Source of the DNA: Sphyrna mokarran
Lineage: Eukaryota
DNA length: 64,000 nucleotides
NCBI GenBank assembly: GCA_024679065.1
Contig: JAGIQG010000015.1
Location: 77,562,001 to 77,626,000, forward strand
Reading direction: 5' to 3'
This document shows positions 38,462 through 50,278 of this stretch, in pieces. Under the pieces are notes generated by a model, which did not search any database, was not told the DNA's origin, and was given only the letters and a program-made list of their open reading frames with translations. The position numbers and the translations under genes are program-made. Each line of letters starts with the position of its first letter. Within the stretch, counting starts at the first letter, position 1.

Positions 38462-38816
38462 GAAGGCAGTGGTAGAGTGGTATTGTCATCAAGACCCAGG
38501 GCAACTGCTTTGGGGACTTAAGTTCAAATACCACCATGGCAAATGGGGAAATTTGAATTCAGTAAAAACCTGTATTTTAATGATGACCGTGAAACCATTG
38601 TCCGAAAGACCCATCTGGTTCATGAATGTCCTTTAGGGAAGGATATCTGTCATTTTTACCCTCTCTGGCCTATATGTGAATCCAGACCCATAGAGATGTA
38701 GTTAACTCTCAAATGCCCCTCTGCAATGGTCCAGCAATCCATTCAGTTCAAGGGCAATTAGAGATGGACAACAAATGTCAGCAGCACCCATATCCCCTAA
38801 AAGAACTTAAAAAAAG
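38462..38816 (+). mobile_element. tRNA-derived SINE of a third family (possibly MetaSINE-type)
   Basis: A-box-like gtggtagagtggt, B-box-like agttcaaatacc, core acccatctggttcatgaatgtcctttagggaagga, tail gggcaattagagatggacaacaaatg...aaaaaa. Confidence 0.7.
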
Positions 38817-38987
38817 TGAATGGGTATATTAATATCTCCAGCCTTACCTCAATAAAGAGGGAAAGAATTCCTCATCTTAATTTTTTTGTCATTCTGGTTA
38901 CAAGTGCTGATTTTAACCTACAAGCAGTGCTTTCTTTAACATTGGATTAATATTCTGCAACTTAGCACAATCATTTCTTGCAGTTTA

Positions 38988-39195
38988 ACATAGAACATTA
39001 CAGCACAGAACAGGCCCTTCAGCCTTCGATGTTGCGCCGACCAATATAAAAAGCAATGCCCCTCCAAACTAAACCATTCCCTTCTCTTCCATATACTTAC
39101 CAACTAACCTCTTAAACGCCACCAAACTTGGCGCATCTACAACCGCTGCAGGCAGGGCATTCCACTCCCGAACCACCCTTTGGGTAAAGAAGTTT
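38988..39195 (-). mobile_element. CR1-type LINE 3' end
   Basis: acatagaacattacagcacagaacaggcccttc terminus and gcagggcattccactc (WNALP motif on the minus strand). Confidence 0.8.
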
Positions 39196-40153
39196 AGGGA
39201 GAAGTTTTGCAAAAAGTTTGGTTGTTACAAATTCTGTGAAGGGAACTATCTCATTGGCATGCACGTACTTCTCTGATCCGACATTTGCTGTTCTTGGGTT
39301 TTGAAGGAAATGAAGGGGCGCAATTCTGTCTGCCACAGATCTTAACAAGACACAATCTTTTTACCTGATAAATAGCATATGATATATGAGAACATTAACG
39401 AGAAAAAAGATCATTCAGTTTTTGTTATGAATCCCGTTGAAACCAAAAACTTTTAAAAAGAAATTCAAACTTCCAGAAGCTGAAAGGATGACTTAATGTG
39501 ACTTCACTTTTTAAGACATTTACTGTAACAAAAGCACTATTGACAAAATACAACCTTTGTATGCAACTAATGTTTTAAAATACAGAACAGAAAACAGAAT
39601 TTTTAGCACAACATAAAAAACACAATTTGCAGTAATATGTTGACACCGTCCTTTAAGTAAACATTCAGTTCTCCCGAAATACTTCTTAGCTCCTGAGTGT
39701 TAATTTCTGTTCTTTTCCTTTCTCAGTCTGATAACTTCAAACCACAGAAGAATACATCATGGTGAGAGTATTCCTAGAGATAATCCCTTTAGCACGAGCT
39801 AGATGAATCTTCCAGCCTTGTTTTATCACTTCACCAATTTGGCCTTTTCAGTTTGAGTGTGAACTTGCATACATGTGGACCATAGAGACTTTTGACCTCT
39901 CGCTGCTCTCTTTCTCACTCAAACCCTGAAAGACTGTGTCTCTCTTTTTGGTGGATACAGTAAAAATCCTTCTTCTCTCAAATCAATTCCCTTGACAACG
40001 TGAATCTTATGGGCCTTGTATCTGGGCAGAAATGCTGATTAGCTATCCTCGAGGGCCCAACTCTCTTCCATCTTGGAACTAGGCAGACAACATAAAGAAC
40101 AGCACTTTATAACCTAACATTCCCAACACTTTTCAGGGATTTTGGAGATTCAT

Positions 40154-40272
40154 GGGGCGGATTTTCCTGTTCTGCTCACCACAGGAATTGTAGCAGCGAG
40201 TGACAGACCATGGAAAGGTCCATTGACCTTGGGTGGAATTTTCTGGGCGAGGCTGACCCAGAAGTCCCACCC
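40154..40272. mobile_element. MITE-like element (family 3); related copy in opposite orientation near 20668-20800
   Basis: ggggcggattttcc ... gaagtcccaccc ends. aaaggtccattga matches the reverse complement of tcaatggaccttt at ~20724. Confidence 0.55.
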
Positions 40273-40599
40273 ACAGAATACCCTGTAGCTGCTGCCACTG
40301 TCTTCGAGTGTTTTCATTTTGTTACTTGTTCCCAGTAAAACAGTCTAGACCTTCCTTTAGTTTCTAGCAGTTTCATCAACAAGATCTATTATCAGGAAAA
40401 ACCTCAGTGCAGGTCACATGACCTCCTCCATTTGAACCTGAATTTAAAGTCACAGTCCCAGGGCACAACGAGCTGACAAACCGTATATCCATAACACTGA
40501 GAAAAGTAGTAGAATTCAATTCCTTTCTAATTGCTGCATATTCTCTAGACTTAGGTCTGCATAGAATATGTTTATTCGTTCATATTTATTATGTTAAAC

Positions 40600-40735
40600 T
40601 GGAACCTGTAACACTACATTCTGCACTCTCTTTTCCTTCTCTATGAACGGTATGCTCTGTCTGTATAGTATGCAAGAAACAATACTTTTCACTGTGTACT
40701 AATACATATGACAATAATAAATCAAATCAAAATCA
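40600..40735 (+). mobile_element. Rex1/Babar-type LINE 3' UTR fragment
   Basis: ctgtaacactacattctgcactctc...gacaataataaatcaaatcaaaatc, the reverse complement of the 37738 copy. Confidence 0.85.
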
Positions 40736-41193
40736 ATAATCTGAATTTTATGGGCAAAGCGTTATAATTTTCTGAAATTAGTTAATGCAGGAAATTGGTT
40801 TATTTTTTGGCAAACAGGAAAATTTAAATCCATTCTAAATTTTTTTTAACATAATCTCAAGCTACCTGGGTGAGAATAACTAAAGAGAAGCCACATGAGG
40901 GTGGTCGGGCTGGGAAATGGAAGCAATGATACAATGGTACAAGATAAACTAAATCCTTTAAAGGGATAGACATCCCTTGTGGCTTCCTCATTGGATTATC
41001 TGGTCAGTGTCAGAAAAGATTACACCAAGCTACCAACTAGGGCACAACCTATTCCCTTCATCATTTTACCGACCCCAATCAGATCATTCTTAACCTAAAC
41101 CCACTAAAGTGGTGAGTGCTAACTCTTTTAGCCTATCTGGATAAGCAAGGTGCTTTGTTTAACAGCCCTCCTAAACTACAAGGGTATACCACA

Positions 41194-41497
41194 CATGGTG
41201 GCGTGCTGGTTAGCACCTTGCTTCACAATGCCAGGGACCCAGGTTCAATTCCAGCCTTGGGTCATTGTCCGTTTGTAGTTGGCATGTTCTCCCTGTGTCC
41301 GTATGGGGTTCTCTGGGTGCTCCAGTTTCTTCCCACATTCCAAAAGGTCTGCGGGTTAAGTGGATTGGCCATGGTAAATTGCCCTGTGGCGACAGGAGGA
41401 TTAACAGGATAAATAGATGGGGTTACGGGGATTGTGGGTTGGTGCAGACTCGATGTGCTGAATGGCCTCCTTCGGCACTGTGGGGATTCTGTGATTT
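41194..41497 (+). mobile_element. HE1-like V-SINE, tail type A
   Basis: Head, ggttcaattcc B-box, core, tail gaatggcctccttcggcactgtggggattctgtga. Confidence 0.88.
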
Positions 41498-41936
41498 CCG
41501 ATGGCATTTAATGATAGCAGGCTAATGTGGCCATTGGTTTATGTGGATACAGCAAATCCAGAGGTCAGGAACTCTTTTTCTGAAGATGGTTCTCCAAATT
41601 CCCTTTTGTTAATTTACAGAGAGGTTTCCATGTTTGCAGCCCTCCTTCCTGTGTCCAGGTGATCCAAACAACCTGGGAGTAGAAACTGGAAAATCCAGCC
41701 CATCAGTTTACAGCAGCTTTGTAGCTCTAGTAGCTGAACTGGTGGTAAATAATTAATTACATTATTCCAGTTTGAAGTGTATTTGTTACGATCTACTCAA
41801 TAGAAGATTTAACAGAGGTTATTAGTCCTTGCTGCTTGCTTAAGCTTCAGACATTCATATTTTGACATGGGGAGATATCAGATTGCACTGCGTCCAAGCC
41901 AGCCAAAGAAAGTATAATTCCACATAAATACATCTT

Positions 41937-42210
41937 GCACAGTGGTTAACATTGCTGCCTCACAGTGACGGGGACCTGGGTTCAATTCCCAGCTTGGTCA
42001 CTGTGTGGAGTTTGCTAGTTCTCCCTGTGTCTGTGTGGGTTTCCTCTCACAGTCCGAAAGATGTGCAGGTTAGGTGCATTGGCCGTGCTATATTCCCTCT
42101 CTGTGTACCCAAACAGGTGCCAGAGTGTGGCAACTAGGGGATTTTCACAGTAATTTCATTGCTTATATTTAATGTGAGCCTACCTGTGACACTAATAAAT
42201 AAATTTAATC
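41937..42210 (+). mobile_element. V-SINE, tail type B
   Basis: gcacagtggttaacattgctgcctcacag head; tail ggggattttcacagtaatttcattgc...gtgacactaataaataaa. Confidence 0.88.
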
Positions 42211-45200
42211 TTCATTCTTTTAAAGTGTTAAAAGCTCATTAGCATATTCAGGGTAAGATTTTTCTATCTATGACAGACCCTAATAGGCATGTTACTCAGC
42301 GAATAGGCCCAATCCCAGTTATCAACTACAAGGTTTCACAAACTGGTTAAGCAACTTCATTTTCGGGGATAGTTTGCTTAAGTAGAAATGACGGTCTGAA
42401 TTGGGCTGCGTTCCAGATAAATAGGATTTGGCATTAAGATTTCTCATGGCAAGAATGCTAAAAATAGGACGACGTTGCCAGGTGTGGTTTTGAGTCATTG
42501 AGGCAGAAAAACAGGGTGGTATGCATAAAGGGAGAACTAAGTTCCATTAAACTGGGACACAAACACAGACACACACACACATGCACATAAAGTCTTGTGT
42601 AATTCTTAAAGGTAAATGCAGAGGGATTACTATTGATTTTGTTGGGATCAGTTAGTGTGTGCATTAAACCTGAGAGTGTTCAACTTTCAGCGTTATTTAT
42701 TTGGACATTTGCCTTACTGTTTTGCCTTTTAACGTGCCCATTTCCCATTCTTTAAACCCCTGGAAACACTTTTAAAATCCCTGCATGTTAAATGAGCCAC
42801 TGTTCGCCCTAATGTAAACATTTTGATGAGTATCCAAAGATATGACCTCCATGTGACCCCTTAACCTTGCCTGTAATTATTTGTTTGAAGACAGTATGGA
42901 GTTCCCATGCTGTGAGGGACTATAATGGTTTGCAGCTCTGCACAGTTCTATGTGCAAGTGTGTGCGAGAGGAGCAAGAGAGACTTTATAATAAGGAGACT
43001 ACCAGATGTAAATAATAAAAATGGTTGGGGGTAAAAAGAAAAACCTAGTAATTTAGTCCAGCCCATTACTTGGAGAGCGGCAGGGTGAAATGAATGGGGG
43101 AAGGGAAGGAGGAGGGTGCATTACTCTGTGATGTGATACAGGAGCACATGAAGTCTCCTTCTCATCTCTGGAGTTCTTTTTGTGTGTCATGTGCATACAC
43201 CATTAGCGACTCTTGGGAGGAGAGAAAACAGTCTTATCTGCTTGGTCTGATAATCTCAATTGGCCGTATTCTGATTGATAAAAGGGAGTGTAGCTACAGA
43301 GCTTTGAACCAACTCCCAAAGGGACGCAACACATTAGTCTGCCAGTGAGTCTAGTATGGGGAAGGTTACAGTGCTCAAAATGAGCAAGTATGGACACCGA
43401 AAGATCTGAAGCATAATTTACACTACACCTAACAAAACCTCTTCCCAGTTGAAATCCAGAAAAGGAACTCACAAATTTTAAATGTTTAAATGCAAACTTG
43501 AAAACCAAAGGAAATGAAAGGACAATGTTTACAATGCAGCAATCCTGTCGTATTTTATACCCTAGGCTTGTTCAACTGGTTTCATTTGGATGTGCATTCC
43601 TTTTGCTCTTAATCAAATTATTAAGTATAGGTAATGTAAGTGAATGTGTTCCAATGTTAGATCAGAATACAAACAGCCACCTTATAATGTCACTTTAAGC
43701 TCAGTTTGTCGAGAGGCTGAGGAGGTGCATGATATTGGTAACTGGGTAGGTCGGTCTAAGGAGTTAGCATTCCCACTAATGGGACAGTGTTAGCTGAGTA
43801 AAATGAAGGAGATATAGAGTATGTCATGTTAAACACAGTCTGGTGCTAGTGAGTGTTAAGACAGATTTAATCTCCCATTTGGCTAAGTCATTCTGTCAGA
43901 ACTGGCATCAGCAATGGGCAAGGAGCAAGTGATGCAACCTTCTCTCTTTGTCACAACAGACACTGAGATTGCTTGCAAAGAGAGAAATTGGGGCAGGAAC
44001 AGATACAGATCCTGAAATAAAAATCAAATGAAACCTGCTGACATTTAATACGAAAAGTCATTCCCAAAAAATCTTTCTCTTCTGAAATAATACAATGTGG
44101 TCGGAGGTCACTCAACCCATCATGATTGCTGGACCTTTCAAAGAACTATCCAATCGTCCATTGGCTGTAGCTCTGCACATTGTGCCTCTTTAACTATCTG
44201 TCAAAGGCACTATTGCTTATACTTCCACCAGCCTTTCAGGCAGAACATCCCAGATCAGAGCAGGCTGTTGTGGCTTGGATAAGTACCACTTGTTTATGTT
44301 TAAACCCTCTGGGGTGACTGGGTGTGTTTGCTTATTCCCACAAGATCATCATTCCTGCTTGTGGCTGCTCCACAGTGAATGTTTCAACTGGACAAGAAGA
44401 CTCAGCACTCATCTTCCCTTCCCCCCAGTGCAGATTCTCCTTACTGGTTCTCAGTTCAGGAGGTGAACCTCTTGCATGCGGGACACAACACGAGTTAGTG
44501 TCAGCCTATCCTTTTAATCTGGCCCACCTATGTGATACTTCCTCCATTAGGCAAGAGAACACTGAGATGTGGAATTCTCCAGTGCGGCTGTGAATGTTGA
44601 TCTGTGGCTGGACACCGGGAGACACAGTTCAGGGGGTGGGACGTGACCTGCTAGTTCTTTTCCAGATGAGTGACTAAATGCTGCTCTTGCAAAGCCCACC
44701 ATCTACTGGCCTGCTCGAGAACTGACAGCCACTTTAAGGATCCAGTTTCAGAGTTGTGAACTCAGAAGGTCCGGACAAGTTACTAAAGTGACCTGTCTCA
44801 CATTGAGGGGAGGGGGGGAAATAATCTAAAAGTTTTTACTTGAAAATTGTAGTTTGAAAACTACCCATGAAAAGCCCGCATAAAAACTGAAACGTTTTAA
44901 AAGCTGGAATGAAAATTGAAATGCATTTAGGGTGCACACGAACTTAAAGCTCATTGAAATCAAAAGTATATCTGCACAAAGTCATGTCACACGCGCAACC
45001 TGACAGCAGAGTGTGTATACCGCAAGTGATCCAGGCTGGTGGCAAGTCTGAACATTGGGATAAATTGAATTCGGTTTGGATCTCGTAATCATAAAGTGAA
45101 CTGGCTCCCATTCGGAGCAGGGTCACTGTGTGTATTCCGACAGTGGAACAGAGCTTTGTTTACTGACGATTTGATTTAATGATAGCAGTGCTGCTTGTTA

Positions 45201-46732
45201 TAAAGAACCCCTCGCCATCTCCCTGAAGAACATTTCTTTCTTCGGTTGCTTAACTAGTTTTCATGCCGGGAGCAGCTTTTGAACTGAAGCTTAGGCAAGA
45301 CAAGTAATTGCGTTGGGTGACATCTTGTTGACAACAAAGGCGGAATGCAGATCTTTGGAGGATTTCCCTTCCAATAACCTGAGTATAGATCGAGAAATAA
45401 TTCATAATGCAGTCGCCAAAGCATTGGCGAAATTATTGTAGGTCCTTTTAGAAGGTGCATTCTGAAATAGCAGTGCTTTCTTTAGGATAACAAGCGATTT
45501 GACAATGGCAATTTTGCGTCAGAAGTCTGTCAGGGGCCAGGAGGGTTTTTTTTGGGCTCCTGGTTCACTTCTCCCCATCCCCCAGTGTCACAACCATGAG
45601 ACATTTGTTACATGCCATTCGTATGAGTTCTCTTTCTTGCACTTACTTAGACATAAAAGACAGTGGAGCAACTTGGCTGTGTTTCAAATGCAAACATTTG
45701 GCTCCACACACAGATTGCTAACATTTTAGATAGCAAAAAATGTGAGGGATTTTTTTTTGGATGGAGGGTTAGCTTGTGCCGATAAATTAAAGACAGGCCT
45801 GAGATGATTAATTCCTCGGATTTTATAAATGATTTTAACTGGCTGTTTGGGAAGAGCAGGGGAAGTGCCAATTTTCTCTTAAAGGACCATCAAGGTGTAT
45901 TATTATTTGACAAATCAGAACTGAAATCCAAGGTTAAATGCAGCACTTTGATGGTGTTCCAGAATAATGATTGTCCAACTTTTATTTAATTTTAGTTTTC
46001 AAGACACTCATGACGCCAACACCATTTTTAAAAAATTTTTCTCCAATATTTGTTACCCAAAAATGGCAAAGTGTATTAGTGCATTGTTAACCTCCAAAAT
46101 AAAAAAGGTACGGCGTGTTGAACTGTAGAAAGAAGTCATCTATTTTCAGATGTCTTTTAGTACCCACATTCCTGATGGGCATCTACCCACCCCCCACACT
46201 GGGTGTGGAAATCTTTGGTTGAAAAGGTCACTGTTGCCAGTCGCTAACCTCTAAATGACCTCTTGACTTTACAGTCTAAAACTGCAGGAGCTGCGAATGA
46301 GCATGAGCTTTTCTGTACCAGCACTTACTTGCTGCTGTGGTGATAAAACTTCAGACAGCCTAATTGATGGGCTTTCTGACATAACAATACCTTGTGAAAG
46401 TAGAGAGTGGCAAATGCCTGGTCTTCATTTATGGACAGCTGGAACAGGAGTTGCACCACCCCACCCTCCCCCAGCCACCCCATGAGGAGAAAGCAACCTA
46501 TTTAAGGCAATGAACTTTTACTATGTTTGTGACTCTTATACAGGCAGACATTTCGTTTTAAACACTAACATTTGAAAGAGCTGATGTCAGTAACCTTTAA
46601 ATCAACAGATGACAAAATGTGCTTGTATGCAGGTGTCTTTTTTTTAACACTTTCAACAAATTAAAAGCGTGGGGGTCCTGAAGTTGAGTTTGCAAACTAA
46701 GGAATTAAAATTTACCCTTCTTATCGTTGCAG

Positions 46733-46791
46733 GTTCATTAACGCCAGGAGAAGGATAGTACAACCCATGATCGACCAATCAAATCGAGCAG
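46733..46791 (+). CDS. MEIS2: MEIS2 coding exon (59 nt; homeodomain helix 3; equivalent to human exon 10)
   Basis: Acceptor ttgcag|g. Completes the W codon of the previous exon and reads (W)FINARRRIVQPMIDQSNRA. Donor is cag|gcaagt (GC-AG intron). Phase fits both neighbouring exons. Confidence 0.97.
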
Positions 46792-47019
46792 GCAAGTCCC
46801 AAGTAGTAACTAGATTCAGATCCTGCAAGCATAAATCTGATTCAAATTATTCCTGACAAGTTCCTTCACCTGGTAGATAAAACTGACAGCTCGGCATTCT
46901 GGAAGAGTTTTCACTTCAGAATCCCAATGTGATCTCAGCTAAACTGCTGCCAACGGATTCCCCTCACTCTTACAGAAGTTGCTTTTATTTATTTACTCAC
47001 TTATTTATCAGTTAATTGA

Positions 47020-47210
47020 TTAACATCGCAAGTAGGCTTAACATTAACACAGCAATCAAGTTACAGGTACACTGATGAAGAATTTAGCGTGACCAATGCA
47101 CCCAACCAACACGTCTTTCAGACTGTGGGAGGAAACTGAGAACCTGGAGGAAATCCATGCAGTCACCCAAGCTGGGAATCAAACTCGGGTTCCTGGCACT
47201 GTGAAGCAGC
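47020..47210 (-). mobile_element. Internally deleted V-SINE, tail type B
   Basis: caagtaggcttaacattaacac...gactgtgggaggaaact...gtcacccaagctgggaatcaaactcggg. Confidence 0.75.
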
Positions 47211-49027
47211 TGGTAGCTGGGTTAACAGCCTTGCACCACAGACAGCTTGCCAAGTGTGTATAGCTACTGACAATCTGGCTATCTTCCTTGGCCATTATTG
47301 CTTTCTTATGGCTCAGGACCTCTTGGTGAACTTATTTCCCCATTAGTGATAGCCATGGATTGCTTGCAAAAAAAAAATTCAAGTTCACCATAACGTACTT
47401 GCTGTTTACCAGCTGGTTGGGTGAAACATGAGGAACATATTTTGCTCCAGTAATTCTCCAGAAAATGTAGACATGAGTATAAAGCAGTGTACAATGTGTC
47501 CGCTTATATCTTTCCCAAAGTTCATCAATGGGCCAAATAGCCTTTTGCTAATATAATTTCACAATTATATGAACCCTCAACCTTCAAATTCAGTCCCCAG
47601 TTTGTTGTTACATTGTTTGAATAAAAATTCTAACTAGGATGAGTATATTGCAAATTAATCCCCCCTGAAAAAATGCAAAAATCAATTTGATTTTTTTAAA
47701 ATTTGGCTTATTCACAATATTTAAACAAAGGATATGGTGTGCTGACTGTGGAGTTCTGTCCTTCTGTATTGGGTTGGGATAAGCTTTATTGAAGTTTTGA
47801 TTCTCATACTGTTTTGATTTGATGTTGATTTGCACCCACTGCTGTTATTTATTCATGGGAATCGTATGCAGCCTGCTGAACATGGCCCTCTGCTGGGATC
47901 AGGGATGGTACTATAGTGTGAAACGGAACAGGGAAACCAGAGCACTTGCCTTAAGTGTTCTGAGAATTCTGATTTTATTGGGCAGGTTAAAAATTAATTT
48001 CAAAGATGTGCAATAAAAATCAGTGAATTCTAACCAGCATAAGAACACTTCCTGCACTCCCCCCTGATGACAGCACTGATTCCAGCTGGGATATATATAC
48101 ACAAGTTGGTCTCGATGTATCTTCACACCCTTTTTGTTTATTACCCTTTGGGGAATGGTGGGGGAAGGATTCTTGAGCCGATTATAGCCTGTTGAACCAC
48201 ACTGAATGCTTCTTCCATGACCAACAAGTCCTGGCATTGGACTTGAACCCTGAGCTTCCGATCCAGTGGTTGGGGTGCTATCCACTGTGCCATAAGATTT
48301 CTTAGATCCACAAGTGCCTTCTGAGTATCTTGCCCAAGTGGCTTTTTCCATGCAGGAGTCTATACAGAGGGTGTTATCGGGTGTGTGAAGAATCACAGTC
48401 AAACCTAATGCTTTCATTCCCCGGATCTACATATACATAAAAACATACTATTGCAAAGAAACTAAGACTGGGAGGCTTGTCTGAATTTTTAACAGATTCT
48501 CCCCTTCTCCCTAGCTCAGAGGTACTGAAACCATTTTCAGTGCTCAGGTTACCTGGGTGAACATAGACTACTGGTTGAATCCTTAACAGACATTAAAAGG
48601 GAAGTGTTATATTTTAGAAGATAATTCTAGGAACAGAGGGCTGGCACATGCATAATGGACCAAATAACCTTTCACTGGACTGTAATTTCTCAATTAATAT
48701 GGACCTGGAACCCTCAAATTCAGTCCCATATGGAAAAAATGCATTTAACAAGTGCAAGAGCTGAGGAGATGCCCAGATTATTTATATTTGGTCATTGCAA
48801 TGTTAAATCATTGCACAGAAATTATAAGCATTATGCATCAAGTCTTGCATAACTTGATATTTAAATAAATACATTCCACATTAAGTCTTTATGCTTCGAA
48901 TGCAATTAAAGGAAGTCCTACAATTAGTAACGGAATCTATTACTTATAATCTGGGCACAGTGCCCTGTTTTGTAATCTTAGAATAAAAAGATACGGGGCA
49001 AATTCTCCCAAAACATGTCTAAGCATT

Positions 49028-49154
49028 GGCTGAGATTCTCCGAAGTTGCTACAGCTGTCAGGGAGAATGGAGAATTTGACACCTAACCAAAACTCCATTC
49101 ACAGCAGCGGGACCAGATAACTCCAGCTACGGACAAGGTCGGAGAATCCTGGCT
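49028..49154. mobile_element. MITE-like element (family 1) nested in a larger GC-rich TIR-type remnant (~48995-49720)
   Basis: ggctgagattctcc ... ggagaatcctggct, flanked by att on both sides. Confidence 0.65.
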
Positions 49155-50167
49155 ATTGTTCCCAGTGTGAAAACCAGTGAAATTCCCACTGGGAGCCTCA
49201 GAGCGATTCAGTTCGCAATCCAGCCACACTTAGGAAATTTTCTGATGCCCGAGGAAATTCTCTCCTCTCACATTTAGAACTCTTTCTGGGTTGGGGACCT
49301 AAAGCCGCTGGCTAAACCATCCCCTCAGTGATCAGGGGTGATCCCAGAGTAAAGTTGAAGATCCCCTGCGGACATTGTGACCCCAATAATATGGGGATTA
49401 CCACCAACCCTTGATCCTGGAGGGGTAACATTCCCCTCATCATTAAATGTCCTGGTCACACCGTCCAACCCCCACCCCCAACAGCCCACAGGAATGAGAG
49501 TCACTGCCCAGTCAAGTCCCCAACCATTTGGGAGTTTCAACGTCCTTTGAACCCCCTCTTCCCCCCGGCAAGACCACCATGTCTGGTCTCCATTTGTGGT
49601 GTTTCTCAGCAGGTTCCCGCTGCCCCACTGGCAATGATTATTGTAAGGTACTAATCTGGTTCATGCCCCTGCGGCATGTGAACCAGGTTATGTCTTGGTG
49701 TGATGGGCTGGGAGAATCCCAAAGGATGTTCTCCCCGGTGCTGAACAGGCTGTGACCCCAATTCTGTGCATCCGTGTGGCCCCAGCGCTTTGTGCAGGAG
49801 TGTGCACGCCTGGAGAACTGCAGCCATGGACTCTACAAGCACAAGAAAATGTCTTATTCTTGTGTAAGTTTCCAAGTAATCTTGCTTTGGAGGTGAGCTT
49901 TTACATGAGTTCTTACACTGTCCTTTTACAGTAGATGGCTGCAGCTTTGATATCTTTCCACCTGTCGGTGGGGGGGATGTTTTGAGGTGGGGGCAGAAGG
50001 CGAGGGGGCGGTGGTGAATGTATTGGGTGCTGTTTCTTTAATTATGGCATTTGCCACGTACATTTCTGGTGTTTGACAACGTATTGTGTTTGCTGTTCCA
50101 GGAGTAACTGCTGATTGTTTGGTATGTCTTTTCTTTCTCCTCTGTGTCTACGTTTGACTACAATCAG

Positions 50168-50278
50168 GTTTTCTTCTTGATCCTTCAGTAAGCCAAGGAG
50201 CAGCGTACAGTCCAGAGGGCCAACCAATGGGAAGTTTTGTATTGGATGGTCAGCAGCATATGGGAATCCGACCAGCCG
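50168..50278 (+). CDS. MEIS2: MEIS2 coding exon (111 nt; 90 nt when the second acceptor at 50189 is used)
   Basis: Translates (G)[36 protein letters not shown](G), diagnostic of MEIS2 rather than MEIS1/3. Acceptors aatcag| (50167) and cttcag| (50188); donor g|gtaagg. Confidence 0.97.

Larger units (their letters stand above)
13632..46732 (+). other. MEIS2: 33.1 kb GT-AG intron splitting the homeodomain Trp codon
   Basis: Bounded by the two homeodomain exons; no intervening MEIS coding sequence seen. Confidence 0.93.
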
